Of a stretch of DNA of 64,000 bases, positions 13,698 to 25,750 are shown in pieces (position 1 is the stretch's first letter; the number at the start of each line of letters is the position of its first letter). The notes under the pieces were generated by a model. That model had not been told where the DNA came from. It saw only the letters and a list, made by a program, of their open reading frames with translations, and searched no databases. The DNA is taken from positions 58,962,001 to 59,026,000 of the forward strand of contig NC_135804.1 in the NCBI RefSeq assembly GCF_964213995.1, read 5' to 3'. The position numbers and the translations under genes were made by a program. Origin of the DNA: Mustelus asterias. Its lineage: Eukaryota.

Positions 13698-16600
13698 GAG
13701 GTGATCTTACCGAAAAAAATCTAAGTGGCAAATGAGCGTAAGAACAAGAGAAATTCACGCCATTTTTTGGGCAAGTTAAATTTGTAATCTTACCTCACGC
13801 TATCAAAAATAATGAAGCCAAACCTCTTCTTCCCCATCAGAGGGTGAGGGTGGAGCCTAATCTCGTCGAAGGCGATGGAGAGCAGCAGAGGGCGCAATTG
13901 AGCATGCTCAGATCTCTATGCCCTGTGAACACAGAGATCTGTCATTCACTGCCTCCGCTAGCTATTGTTGGCCTACATGGCTGATTCCACACCCGCCACC
14001 CAGCCCCCACCCCCGCTACAGAGAGGTTGCTTGGCCAATTCCCCTCCTGTGCCAACTGATTGCCGCCCTCCCCCGACCGACCGTCACCACCTCCCGCATG
14101 AGCCGTCTAGTCCCCCCTACCCCCCTGCGTGGGCCTATCGTAGGACTCCACGGTCAACCTCCCCCGCTCCCCCCCCAGCCCCCACACACATGAACCGGCC
14201 AATCGCCGGCTGGAAAGCAGCAAGTGTGTCCCCCGTGATCGCTGTTGCCCTCTTTTTAGGTCAAACCAAATAAACAAACTCAGATTAAGTCAGGACAAAG
14301 TAAAAGGGGCAGCTCCCCAAAAAGGAGGGGGAACAGCCCGAACAGAAATCAAAGTACAAAGGAAACTTAAAAACATCAAATTAAAATGTGATTATTAGGG
14401 TTGATAACGCACCCCAACCCCTGTGGTGCCCAGCGGGCGCAGAAGGCGTCAACCGCGCCAGTGGACACCGCATGCTCCCTCTCCAGGGACACCTGGCCGC
14501 GAATGTAGCCGCGGTAGAGGGGCAGACAGTCAGGATGGACGGCCCCCTCGATCGCCCGCTGCCTGGACCGGTAAATGGCGCGTTTTGCCAGACCCAGGAG
14601 CAGGTTCACGAGGAGGTCGCCATCCCTCCCCTTCCTTCTCCGCACCGGGTGTCCGCAGATCAGGAGCATGGGACTGAAGTGCAAACAAAACATCAATAAA
14701 AGGTTCTTTAGGAAAACATAAAGGGAGTGCAGCCTCAGAAACACAACATAGACATGGTCCACGGACTCCACAAGGCCGCAGAAAGGGCAGTCTTCGGAGC
14801 CCGTGAACCAGTGAATCCTACGGTTGTGCGGAACTGCTGCATGCATCACCCTCCACCCCAGGTCCCCGACGTAATTGGGGGAGATCCCTCCGTAGAGGGA
14901 CCTCCAGCGGGGACCTCCGCCGCCCGGCGGCAACAAGGCCCGCCAAGGTGTACCCAGGCGATAGGCGAGGAGGCGGTAGTGGAAGGTGTGCAGCAGCAGC
15001 CCGCACAGGAAACGCCTCCGCGCGGCTGAAAAAGGCACGGAGGACATTTCCGCGAGACGGCTCAGGCTGTGGGGCACCTCACCCGAGGAGGGGGGTTGAG
15101 GTTTTGGGCCAATGTGGAATTCCGTCCGAACAGGGGAACACTCGGCCGGGATCCCACCGCACGCCTGCGCCGCCTCGAGTTTGCGTGCAGTTTCAGGGCC
15201 GAGCACGACCGTCCTAAGGTCTAGGATGGCTTTGGCCGCGCGCCGGACGGTCGTCCCCGCGCACTCAGCCAGCACGCGGGGACTCATCCAGCCCGCCCCT
15301 CCGCCATCGAGCACGTCCCCGATTCTGGTCACCCCGGCGTCCACAGCCCTCCTCTCCGCCAGCCACCTGAAGTCATACGGCTGGAGGAGTGGATTCCTGA
15401 GCAGCGGCTCTCGCACGAGAGCTGCTACTCCTGACAGGGGGGAGCTGCATCGCGAGGCGACCGTGTTCCAGACAGTGAGGAGGTCCTGGTAAAAGGCGGG
15501 CAACTCCTGCAGGGCGGTCGAAGCACGCCCCAGTTCGATATGCAGGAGCTGCACGTCATAATTGAGGTCGTGCCACTGGCGGAAGAAATACGTCACCATG
15601 GCACACCATTGTGGAGGGGGCTCAATGTAAAGGTACCTCTGCAGGGCCTGGAGGCGAAGGTCGCTATCTGAGTGCGGAGGCACACCAGACCTTGTCCGTC
15701 CTCCTCAAGCGGGAGATGCAGAACCGCAGCAGGGACCCAGTGCAGTCGATTGTCCCAGAAGAACCGCAGGAGGGTTTTCTGGATATCGGCAACAAAGCCA
15801 GGGGGAGGGGTCAAAGGGACCAGTCGGTACCACAGCATGGAGGCGACCAGCTGGTTTATGACGCGAACTCGCACCTCGTAGGACAGCACTCGGAGCAGTC
15901 CTGTCCAGCGATTCAGGCAGGCGGAGACTTTGGCCTCCAGCTCCCGCCAGTTCGCCGGCCAGGACTCTTCGGCTGGGCAGAGATGGGCCCCCAAGTAGAC
16001 AAGGTTGGTCCTGCTCCAGGTGAAAGGCCTGAGCTCCTCCGGAAGGGGGTCCGTCTCCCAAGGACCGACAAGGAGTCCGGAGCACTTGGCCCAGTTGATC
16101 CTGGCGGAGGACGTGGTGGAGTACACCGCCTGGCATTCTCGCATCCTCCACAGGTCAGCCGGGTCCGTGAACATGAGGAGCACGTCATCGGCGTAAGCTG
16201 ACAGGACCACCCCTACGTCCGGTCCGCGCAGGGCCAAACCCGACAACCTCCTCCGCAAGAGGCGCAGGAATGGCTCCACGCATACGGAATACAGTTGGCT
16301 GGACAAGGGGCAGCCCTGCCGTACTCCTCTCCCAAAGCGAAGGGGCGCCGTCAGGGACCCGTTAACCTTAATTAGACACTCTGCGGCAGAGTACAGTAAT
16401 CGGATCCGGGCGACAAAATGCGTCCCGAACCCGAATGCCCGCAGAGTCCCAAGTAAATACTCGTGCTTCACCCTGTCGAACGCCTTCTCCTGATCTAATG
16501 ACAAGAAGGCGCCCGACAGACCAGCCCTCTGGGAATGGTGGATTAGGTCCCGGACCAGGTGGAGGTTATCGTGTATGCAACGGCCCGGGACCGTGTAGGA

Positions 16601-17898
16601 CTGGTCAGGGTGGATCATGTGGTCCAGCACGGATCCAAGGTGTGAAGCCATAGCCTTGGCAAAGATTTTATAATCCGTGCTGAGGAGGGAGACCGGGCAC
16701 CAGTTCTTTAGGAGGTGGAGATTCCCCTTCTTGGGCAGCAGGGCAATGACGGCCCTGCGCCACGAAAGGGGCATCTCCCTGGTAGCGACGCTCTCCCCCA
16801 GGACCCCCGTGTAGTCGCTCCCCAGGACGTCCCAGAACGCCCTGAAGAACTCTACTGTCAGCCCGTCCAGCCCCGGGGCCTTGCCCCGGCTGAGGCCATT
16901 GAGGGCGCCGGTCAGCTCGTCCATGGTGGTAGGGGCCTCAAGCATGCCGACGCCCTCCGGGCTGACCTGCGGCAGATCCTCCCACACCGTGATCGCTGTT
17001 GCACAACAGGAGAACGTCTCCACCACCGATTGCTGCTGAAAAATGGCAGCGTGTCCCTCCGTCCCCCAGTTGCAGCTACAGAGCTGAAGCGTGTCTCTCC
17101 CATCGATCGCTGTTGCAGAGCGGCAGCGTGTCTCCCGTCTGATCGCTGTTGCAGAGCGCGTAGTATTTGTCTCTTTGACAGCCCATCCCAAATTATTCCT
17201 GCAATACTTTACAAGCACACTGTCCAGCGCACCTTTAAAAAATCCAAATGAAAGGCTCATCGATACCACCAATTTAAAAAAAGGCAGAAGGGGAAGGCAG
17301 AGGGGAGGCCGAGGGTGGGAAAGCTGGAACTCCACATTAGAGACTGGAATGCAGAGGGAGGGGATGTCCGCAGATGAACATCCCCCTCTCAGGCCTTGCC
17401 CCTCCCATAGGTCCTGCCCCCTCAGGCCCCTTGGCACTGCCTGGAGCCCGATGGGTTCTGCCAGTGTGGCAGTCTGGCAGTGCGGCATGCCTGGTGGGCA
17501 GTGCCAGTGTGCCAGGCTAGCTGTGCAAGGCTGGCTCTGCCCAAGGGGCAGCCCCCCAGTGGGATATCAATGGTCTTCGGTCCTACAGGTGAGGCCCTCA
17601 CAACTAGACTCCATTGATGGGGACCATACGTGATCCTCACAAGACCGCAGAGGTAAATGAGCCAGACGATTCCGTGCTGGGCTCACTTATAACATTTAAA
17701 TTCTATGTTGCATTGAATTTAGATATTACAATCAGCCTCCTGCCCTTTTCAGGCACAAGGCTGATCTTGTCCAATATCCACAACAGGTAAGATTGCGAGG
17801 TGCAAGGAATTGGACGTGAACCTGATGTCTCAGCTCTCTTCGATCTGAGTGCCTTGCCTCATTCATTGGCTGGTGAGATGCAATAGTAAGATTATGAC
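13698..17898. mobile_element. Harbinger-type non-autonomous element interrupted by a Tx1 LINE
   Basis: Ends gtgatcttacc and gtaagattatgac are roughly inverted. Subterminal tctaagtg and GC-rich body resemble 55818-56814. Boundaries approximate. Confidence 0.6.
14249..16986 (-). mobile_element. 5'-truncated Tx1-clade non-LTR retrotransposon (RT and C-terminal domain, one frameshift)
   Basis: KAPGLDGL, LDQEKAFDRV, GVRQGCPLS, AYADDV and CPFC...H motifs. 16-bp TSD ccgtgatcgctgttgc at 14233-14248 and 16987-17002. Confidence 0.92.
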
Positions 17899-18009
17899 CT
17901 GAATGTTTCCTTTATGTTCTGTTTCACATTACATAAAATTACATATAGTCTACAACTCAAAAAGTGGACCATTTGGCCCAACTGGTCTCTACTGACTTTA
18001 ATCTGCATG

Positions 18010-18950
18010 TAGATTGGGAGAGTCAAATTATCTCCAAATTTGCAGATGATACAAAGTTGGGTGGGGGGGCGGGTGGTGAGGGGCGAGCTGTGAAGAGGAC
18101 GCTTCAGTGTAATTTGGACAGGCTGAGTATGTAGGCAACTGCATGGCAGATGCAGTACAATGTGGATAATTGTGAGGTTATCCACTTTGGTAGCAAAATA
18201 GGAAGACAGATTATTATTTGAATGGGTGTAAATTGAGAGAGGTGGATACTCAATGAGATCTTGGAGCCCTTGTGCATCAGTCACTGAAAGTAAGCACGCA
18301 GGTAGAGCAGGCAAGAAGGCAAATGGTATGTTGGCCTTCATAGTGAGAGGATTTGAGTAGGGATGTTTTGCTACAATTGTATAGGGCATTGGTGAGACCA
18401 CATCTGCAATATTGTGCGCAGTTTTGGTGTCCTTATCTGAAGAAGGATGTCCTTGCTATAAAGGGAGTGCAGTGAAGGGTTACCAGGCTGATTTCGGGGA
18501 TGGCATGTCTGTCATATGAGAGACTTATTTGGTTAGGATTATATTCATTGGGGTTTAGAAGAGTGAGAGGGGATCACATAGAAACTTGTGAAATTCTAAC
18601 AGTTTTAGACAGGGTAGATTCAGAAAGAATGTCCCCAATGATCGGGGAGTCCAGAGCTGGGGTTATAGTTTGAGGATCAGGGGTAAACCATTTACAACTG
18701 AGGTCAGCAGAAATTTCTTCACCCAGAGGGTGGTGAATGTATGGAATTCATTACCACAAAATGTAGTTGAGGTCAAAACATTGTCTGATTTCAAGAAGAA
18801 ATTAGATATAGCTCTTGGGGCTGAAGGGATCAAGGGGTTTGGGAGGAATGGGGATCAGGATATTGAATTCGATGATCAGCCATGATCAAAATGAATGGCG
18901 GAGCAGGCTCAGTGTGCCTTTGGCCTACTTCTGCTTCTAGCTTTTTTGTT
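18010..18950 (+). mobile_element. CR1 3' fragment
   Basis: tccaaatttgcagatgatacaaag (SKFADDTK), RNFFTQRVVNVWNSLP and 3' UTR. Confidence 0.85.
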
Positions 18951-19424
18951 TCTAAGTTGATTGACATTTTTGCTTTGCTGAGCCCCATTCTGCAACTTTT
19001 CATTAGCTATATCAGCAATCTTTTTATTTGTTTCACCCAAACTTTCCCTTTCAATGCAATTCACCTCCACTACTCCTTTTTTGCACCCTCCACATTCTTG
19101 TAATTAATCGGTTTAAATTCTTGGATTCACTTTTGTATGTTTTTAATAACTTGCTTATGTTTTGCCCTCTAGTTTCGCACTCCCTCACAATTAGGAACAT
19201 TTTATCTCAGTCCACCCTTTACTAATTTCTAAAATATCAATCAGGTATTTGTGAGTCTTGGAGTGTTCAACTGTTCCTGATAAGTTTACATTTTCAGGTC
19301 TGGTGTCATCCTTTTTGGCTTCTTTGCACATTTTTTCTGTATCCCTTTTGTAATATGGAGACGTGGAACTCCCACACATCACTTCAAGTATGATCTAAAC
19401 AAGATTTTTCAAATAGAAATTTGC

Positions 19425-20015
19425 GGTATTGCTGGCTAGGCCAGCATTTTTATTGTCCATGTCTAATTTCCCTTGAGAAGGTGGTGGTGAGGTGAATCAC
19501 CTTGAACCGCTGCAGTCCATGTGATGTAGGTACACCCACAGTACTGTTAAGGTGGAAATTACAGGATTTTGATCCAATGACAGTGAAGGAACATAGTTAT
19601 TTTTCAAAGTCAGGATGATGTGTCGTTTTGAGGATGACCTACAGGTCGTGATTTTCCCATGCATCTGCTGCTCTTTTCTTTCTAGGTGGGAGAGGCCAAG
19701 AGTTTGGAAGATGCTGTTGAAAGAGCTTTGGTGAGTTGCTACAGTGCATCTTATAGGTGGTATACACTGCGGTCATGATCATTGGTGGAGAGAATAAATG
19801 CTGAAGCTGTTGGATGGGGTACCAATCAAGTGGGCTGCATTGTCCTTCAAGGTGTCAAGCTACTTGAATGTTATTGGCGTTGCATTCATTCAGGCAAATC
19901 ATACTCCTGACTTGTGCCTTGTAGATGGTGGGCTGGTTTTGGAGAGTCAGGTCCTGAGTTACTCTCCATAACTGTGACCTGCTCTTGTAGTCACAATATT
20001 TATTTGGTTGGTTCA
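19425..20015 (-). mobile_element. LINE 3' fragment (CR1/L2 group) sharing its tail with the second SINE family
   Basis: The gctggctag-gccagcattt-attg tail is also present in SINEs at 31620, 48600 and 60600. Confidence 0.6.
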
Positions 20016-21537
20016 TGCACGTTTAATGAAGTCTTCTTGGGAAATATAATTTTGGAATTGAATCGTTATTCCTGTTTTTCTCCCCACGGATGCTATCATT
20101 CTTGTTGACTTTTCCCCCAGCACTATCTGTTTTTATTTCATAAATATTTAACATCACCTCTCTTTTTATTTTTATTCATTGAGACACTAACTCCAATGCA
20201 TGTGTTAGCCTGCATTAATACCTTTACTGATTTGTGGTTTATAGCACCAGATTACTTTCCATTTTACCCCCATTTAGACTTGTTACTCGCACAATAGTTG
20301 GCCCGGTTGCAGCATGGTGGCGCAGTAGTCAGCACTGCTCCCTTCCAGCGTTAGGGAACGGGTTCGATTCCGATCTGGGGTCTGTCTATGTGGAGTTTGC
20401 ACGCTTGGACTGGGTTTTAGCCGGGTGCTCCGTTTCCTTCAACAGTCCCAAACGTGCGGGTTTAGGTAGACTGGCCATGCTAAATTGCTCCCTAGCTTGT
20501 GTGACTGCGGCTATACTTGATGTGGTGTAAAACCCTTCAAGTTATGAGCCCCTGGCGACACGTTATTGACGTGTTCCAGGAATAATTAGCTACAGAAACA
20601 GACATCCTCACGGTCGGGAATGGCTGAGAGAGATGTGGTCCGTTTAATCTTCCTACCGAAATACACGACCTCATATTTAACTATATTGAACTACAGTTAC
20701 CGATTACACAGGCATTCTGCAATTTTATTAGAATTTTCTTCCTTAGTATTAACCATAATCCCAATTCTGCTGTCGCCAGTCAGCTCGGCAATGCTACAGA
20801 TTCCTTAAATACCAAGTTAACGTTTCATCTTTTCTTCTTAACCGAGTTAAAATCCAAAAGAAAAGAATATCATTTCAACATCCAGGCCAGGCATTCAGAA
20901 GTGAAACCGAACATTTTTTAAACACAGAACCGCGTAGGAATCCAACACCCAAATGGCAGCATTGATCACCGTTGATCACATTGCAAAAACTACAATGTAT
21001 ACACCCGCCATCAATCTTATTCACTGGACATGTCTACACGTGTATTGGACTTCATATCGAAGTGTATCCTTAATGGTCAAGTAACTTTAGAGTATTGAAT
21101 TCTGAAAGTGTACTGGACAACTTCCGTCACACAGTTGGGGGAAACTCCCTGCATTTATTTTGACGTGGTGGCGTATGTGCACAATGGATCGCAAAACGAA
21201 TCTCTCTCAATGCCTTCATTGTGGACTTTGCAATCTGGAATGTGAAAATGAGTGCGTGAGGGAGCGGGGTTGATGCTCCATATCAAATATATGATATTTT
21301 ACTACGATCCCAGCTGCTGTTAATGCTTGACACGTCAGATCCCAGAGTGGAACCTGCTTGATGCATCGTAACTTTGTTTTCTTTTCATAAAAATGTGGAG
21401 GTCAGATACTGAACACATTCACAAGATTAAGGGAAGGCAATGGCCTAGTCGTGTTATCGCCGGACTATTAATCCAGAAACTCCGCTAATGCTCTGGCGAT
21501 CCGGGTTCGAATCCTGCCACGGTTTCATTTGATTTTG

Positions 21538-21822
21538 GGCGTCACGGTGGCACAGTGGTTAGCACTGCTGCCTCGGGTCACTGTCTGTGTGGAGTCTGCA
21601 CATTCTCCCCGTGTCTGCATGGGTTTCCACCGGGTACTCCGGTTTCCTCCCACAGTCCAAATATGTGCAGGTTAGGTAGATTGGCCATGCTAAATTGACC
21701 CTAGTGTCAGGAGGATTAGCAGGGCAAATGTGTGGAGTTACAGGAATAGGGCCTGGGTGGGATTGAGGTCGGCGCAGACTCGATGGGCCAAATGGCCTCC
21801 TTCGGCACTGTAAGGATCCTAT
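21538..21822 (+). mobile_element. HE1-type SINE
   Basis: gggcgtcacggtggcacagtggttagcactgctgcc head, V-domain and tail. Confidence 0.82.
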
Positions 21823-23384
21823 AACTCTATTTAAAACAACGAATGAAACGTTTATTAAAACAGGAAAATAAATTATATTACCCGAAATAAAAGGTTGGAA
21901 AAATTTCAATATAAATATCAGAAAAAGATTCAACCTCGCATCATTTCTTTTAGCTAGCAATGCCCTTACAGATATATTGTACACCACAGATCCTAACTTA
22001 AACATAGCTGGGCTCCAAATTTCTCGTACCTCCAATTGTATCATTAGAAGTTCATTTATAAAAAATATTCGCAGTAAACTGATTTTACCGTTTTCCTTTC
22101 AGGAGAAAAAGGAGGCAGATATTGACCTTGTGACATTACGAAATGTCTGATAACAAGATAGCACACCCGATCTGCAGCAATGAGACGGGATATAAGAGTA
22201 GACTCGCGATTTTACAGGTACGACACGTTAACTTTAAAAAAAATCAATTCAAGTACGATGGACGTTCTATTAAAGGAATATTTTGAAGTTCGGCTACAAA
22301 CTCCTGCACAAAGGAACGACCGTGTCTCGATAAAAATCAAAATGATAATAGTTGTGATAGAGTCAGTGAAGGCGAGCATTATAATTATTATATCTGGATA
22401 CCTGGTAATACAGAAAATATAATGTTTAGATCTTGACTTCGTGCGATAGTGTAAGGTGAATGACAGTGAGTTAGCAACACGTTTTATATTCCTCCTCAAA
22501 TTTTATTCCCATTGAACTATACTCCCAATCCCGTTGAAATAAAACTTCGGAGAGATGTAAAAGGTGCTGCGAGTTCTCTATCACGCTATTGCACAACGTC
22601 CAAACATCAAGGTTTGAGAGCCATACCCCGCAGAGAAAACCGATTTCGCAATTTTCTTGTGGTAATTTTCATCACAGTTTGTCATGTTCCGGACAGTTGT
22701 TTCCTGTGTGACCTACGAAAGAAGCATAACATTCGACACTAGCAGTGGATTGAAATATCGATTAGTTCCATTAATTATTGCAAGCTCCTAACCCCCACCA
22801 ATTTACCCATCCTCTTCCAAATTTGCTGATAAGCTTCCCTTCCAAGTCCGCACTCTGATATCTCACCCAACAGAGCAATTTTGAATGATAAGTCTAAACG
22901 GTAAGAGATATAAATTCATCCTGGGCGATGGTGCAACGCTCACGATAGCGAAGTGTTTTTGAATTTCGCCCGATTTGCTTTTCCACTTTCAATGAAAAAG
23001 AGTCAATCCGACGGAGTTTAAAACGAGCCACCGATTTGTTTATATCCCGAAACTTGATACTGTGCAAAACTAATTTCTATCTCTGAGTGTGAGCCGGGTT
23101 TTGCTCTCAGGTGGAAGGAACATCAATGCCTAACACTAGCCTGAACTCCACACATGAAGAGGAGTCACCAACTATTTAAGCAAGGTGTTTGACGCGGCTG
23201 ATTTCACCCTAACTGGATAAGAAAAATTAATGGGATCCTACTGCCCTACCCGCTGATCTTTTAGCATAGCCCAAGTATGGAATGTAAGACCTCGCCACTT
23301 TCCGCATACAACATTTGACAACAAGGCTATCAGTTATTGTGTTTTTTAAAACAAGAAACACCAAACACCTTGAGCACCAAAATC

Positions 23385-23735
23385 AAAGCTGATGCTCCAG
23401 TGCATCGCTGAGTGTGTACCGTACTGTCGGAGCTGATGTCTTTAAAGATGAGATATTAAACCGAGGTGGAAGAAATTGTTCAGAAGAGCACGATTTAGAA
23501 GAGCAGGACATCAATCTCTGGTGTCCTGGCTAATATTTAACCCTCCGTCTAAATCAGGAAAACAGACCCCCTGGCCATTATCATGTTGTTGTTTGTGGGG
23601 ATTCGCTATGGGCAAGTTGGCTGCCGTGTTTCCTATATTGCAACAGAGACTACTTTTCAAAATTACTTCATTAGCTGTAAAAGGCTTTCAGATTTTAAGT
23701 GATCATTAAAGGTGGTGCATAGATGCATTTTTTTC
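23385..23735 (+). mobile_element. Ancient Deu-domain-type SINE (SacSINE1/AmnSINE1-like); related remnants near 1740-1965, 2490-2680, 7960-8130 and 50320-50510
   Basis: gatgagatattaaaccgagg...ttggctgccgtgtttccta...gctgtaaa motifs recognised from memory of the family. Confidence 0.6.
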
Positions 23736-24487
23736 ATTTTGAATTTGTTTTGAAACAAATAATTGGCTCCAAAACGAACTCTCCTTTAATTACTGGGATA
23801 ATTTACCTCTGTTGTATCTGATAAAATCTTAAATGGTTTATTTTAAAGCACATATAGAATTATTTGAAAATCGGTGCAGGGGTAGACTATTCGGTCCATC
23901 GAGCTGTTCCGCCTTTATTAAGATAAAGGTGATTTGATTGTGGCCTTAGCTCCACTTTTCTGCCACCCACCCATCTCCCCACCACCCCAACCCGTCATAA
24001 CTTTTGACTCCCTTTTCATCAAAAATCTGTTTAACTCAGCCTTGAACATATTCAATGACCCAACCTCCGCTGGTTTCTGGGGAAGAGAGTTACAAAGACC
24101 AAAGTCCCTCTGAGTAAGACATTCCTCCTTATCTCCGCCTGAAAAAGGACACTTCTTTTAAAACTGTTCCCCCTATTTCTCCAGAACATAGATATCCTCC
24201 AAATATATTTACATCGTTGCTAACCAAGGCTAACCAGAGGAGTTCGTTGCCTTTTGCGAGGCATTGTTAGCCTGGAGATATAGTCGAGGGAGCTCTATAC
24301 TGGCTATTGTCCCGGGATAATATTCTATTACTTTCAATCTGCAAACTTTGGCCCAAATATTCACCTTCAAAGAACATTAATTTTCACTGCCTTTGGATTG
24401 ATGCGGAGTTATTTGCTGACTTACACCAGTGTTTTCTTTGCAAAACGACAATGCCTTCTGGTAATAATGGTGTATCTCACCTTTCAC

Positions 24488-25056
24488 CAGTGCCGGATTT
24501 AGACTTGGTGAGGCCCTAAGCTATATAAAGCTTGGAGGCCCCTTGTTAAAAAGTTACACCAAAAGATCTCACAATGTTGCGTACCAAAACAGGACCTTGC
24601 GTCGCCACAAAAAAATTGAAAACATAATTATGCCTTTTAATTATTTAATAGCAAGGTATTTAAAGTGAAAAATACAAATTATTTTCAAATGAATGCATTT
24701 ACTGATTATATATTTATCATTTGGCTGGCTTGATCTCTCTCATAGATTATAATATAGTATACCCTGGAAACAATACTTAAAGGTAATTAAAATAATTTTA
24801 AGATACATTAATATATATGCAAAATGCTGACAAAAGAAGTAATCAGGATCACTTTTATTAATATAAGTAATAATGAAAACTGTCAACTTTTGGTAATTTT
24901 TTGAGTTGCTCTTCAAGCTGGTGCTTTCTTTTTCTTTTCTGGTATCCGCTCTTAAATGTTCTCTTCATTGTAAACCTTCCGAAATTTTGTGAGGCCCCTG
25001 CGGATTGTGAGGCCCTAAGCTGTAGCTTGTTTAGCTTATGCCTAAATCCGGCACTG
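24488..25056. mobile_element. hAT-type non-autonomous DNA transposon (MITE)
   Basis: 15-bp TIR cagtgccggatttag / ctaaatccggcactg. 8-bp TSD cctttcac (24480-24487) and cctttgac (25057-25064). AT-rich non-coding interior with repeated tgaggccc motifs. Confidence 0.88.
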
Positions 25057-25172
25057 CCTTTGACAGTACCTCAGTTTAAAATAATTCCCAACGATGACCA
25101 CGAGCGCCATTATTATCAATAAAACCGCTAAATGTCGACACAGCAACAAGAAATTTGTGACTTCAGCAGCAC
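25042..25172 (-). CDS. IgSF VJ-C1 receptor, exon 4 (TM with Arg; read-through into MITE gives tail KLRYCQRQCRI-stop)
   Basis: cttttgcag acceptor in phase 1 gives GAAEVTNFLLLCRHLAVLLIIMALVVIVGNYFKLRYCQ. The ancestral exon end is at 25058. The TAG at 25044-25042 lies inside the MITE TIR. Confidence 0.8.
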
Positions 25173-25450
25173 CTGCAAAAGACGATCGAAAATGTAAGAT
25201 CCAGGGGTGTTAAGTTCAATTCAACCAGCAAGAAAAACCCAGAGACTGATGGGATCATGTAATCATGTAAATCTCTTTTTTTAAATATTCAAAATAAAAT
25301 GCCAACACATGAAACAATTCACAATCTGAACAATGAATCCTCACTGTAAAAAATGAATTGATCAAATGTTAACGTGTTTATCGATGTGTTTGTGTCTTCG
25401 GCAAAATGACAAACGGGATAACTTTTCTGAATTGAATGAATGAACGGTAC

Positions 25451-25750
25451 CTTCCAAGTTATAATTGACTTTAGCTGGAGTTTGAAGAGAAACATGAGAC
25501 ACTTGGCAGCTGTATGTCGCTCTGCTGCGGGTTGGCGCCATATCTTTGAGAGTGCTGAAAACTTCATACGTCCCCACCGTGGTTCGCTCTTTGGTAGTAT
25601 TGATCCCAGTTTCAATTTTTGCGTCGTCCTTATACCAAGTCACATTGAGATCTCCAGGGTAAAACTTAGTTGTTTTACACAGGAGAATCGGGGGAGTAGA
25701 TGGACGGATTTTGGACTCAACCAAGCTGATTGTCAGAGGAATGGGCCGAA
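25451..25750 (-). CDS. IgSF VJ-C1 receptor, exon 3 (C1-set domain)
   Basis: ttcctcccaag acceptor and G|gtaccg donor, 300 nt, phase 1-1. C1 hallmarks LLCKTTKFYPGDLNVTW and YSCQVSHVSL. Confidence 0.92.

Noticed and set aside
16987-17488. N-terminal part of the 631-aa ORF as part of Tx1 ORF2
   Set aside because: It lies beyond the Tx1 boundary (TSD and host MITE subrepeats), so it is chance read-through.
22212-22499. Hydrophobic 95-aa ORF (CITRY...LAFTD) as a GPCR fragment or as the receptor TM exon
   Set aside because: No further GPCR helices or motifs, and the AT-rich composition explains the hydrophobicity. A better in-phase TM exon lies at 25058-25172.
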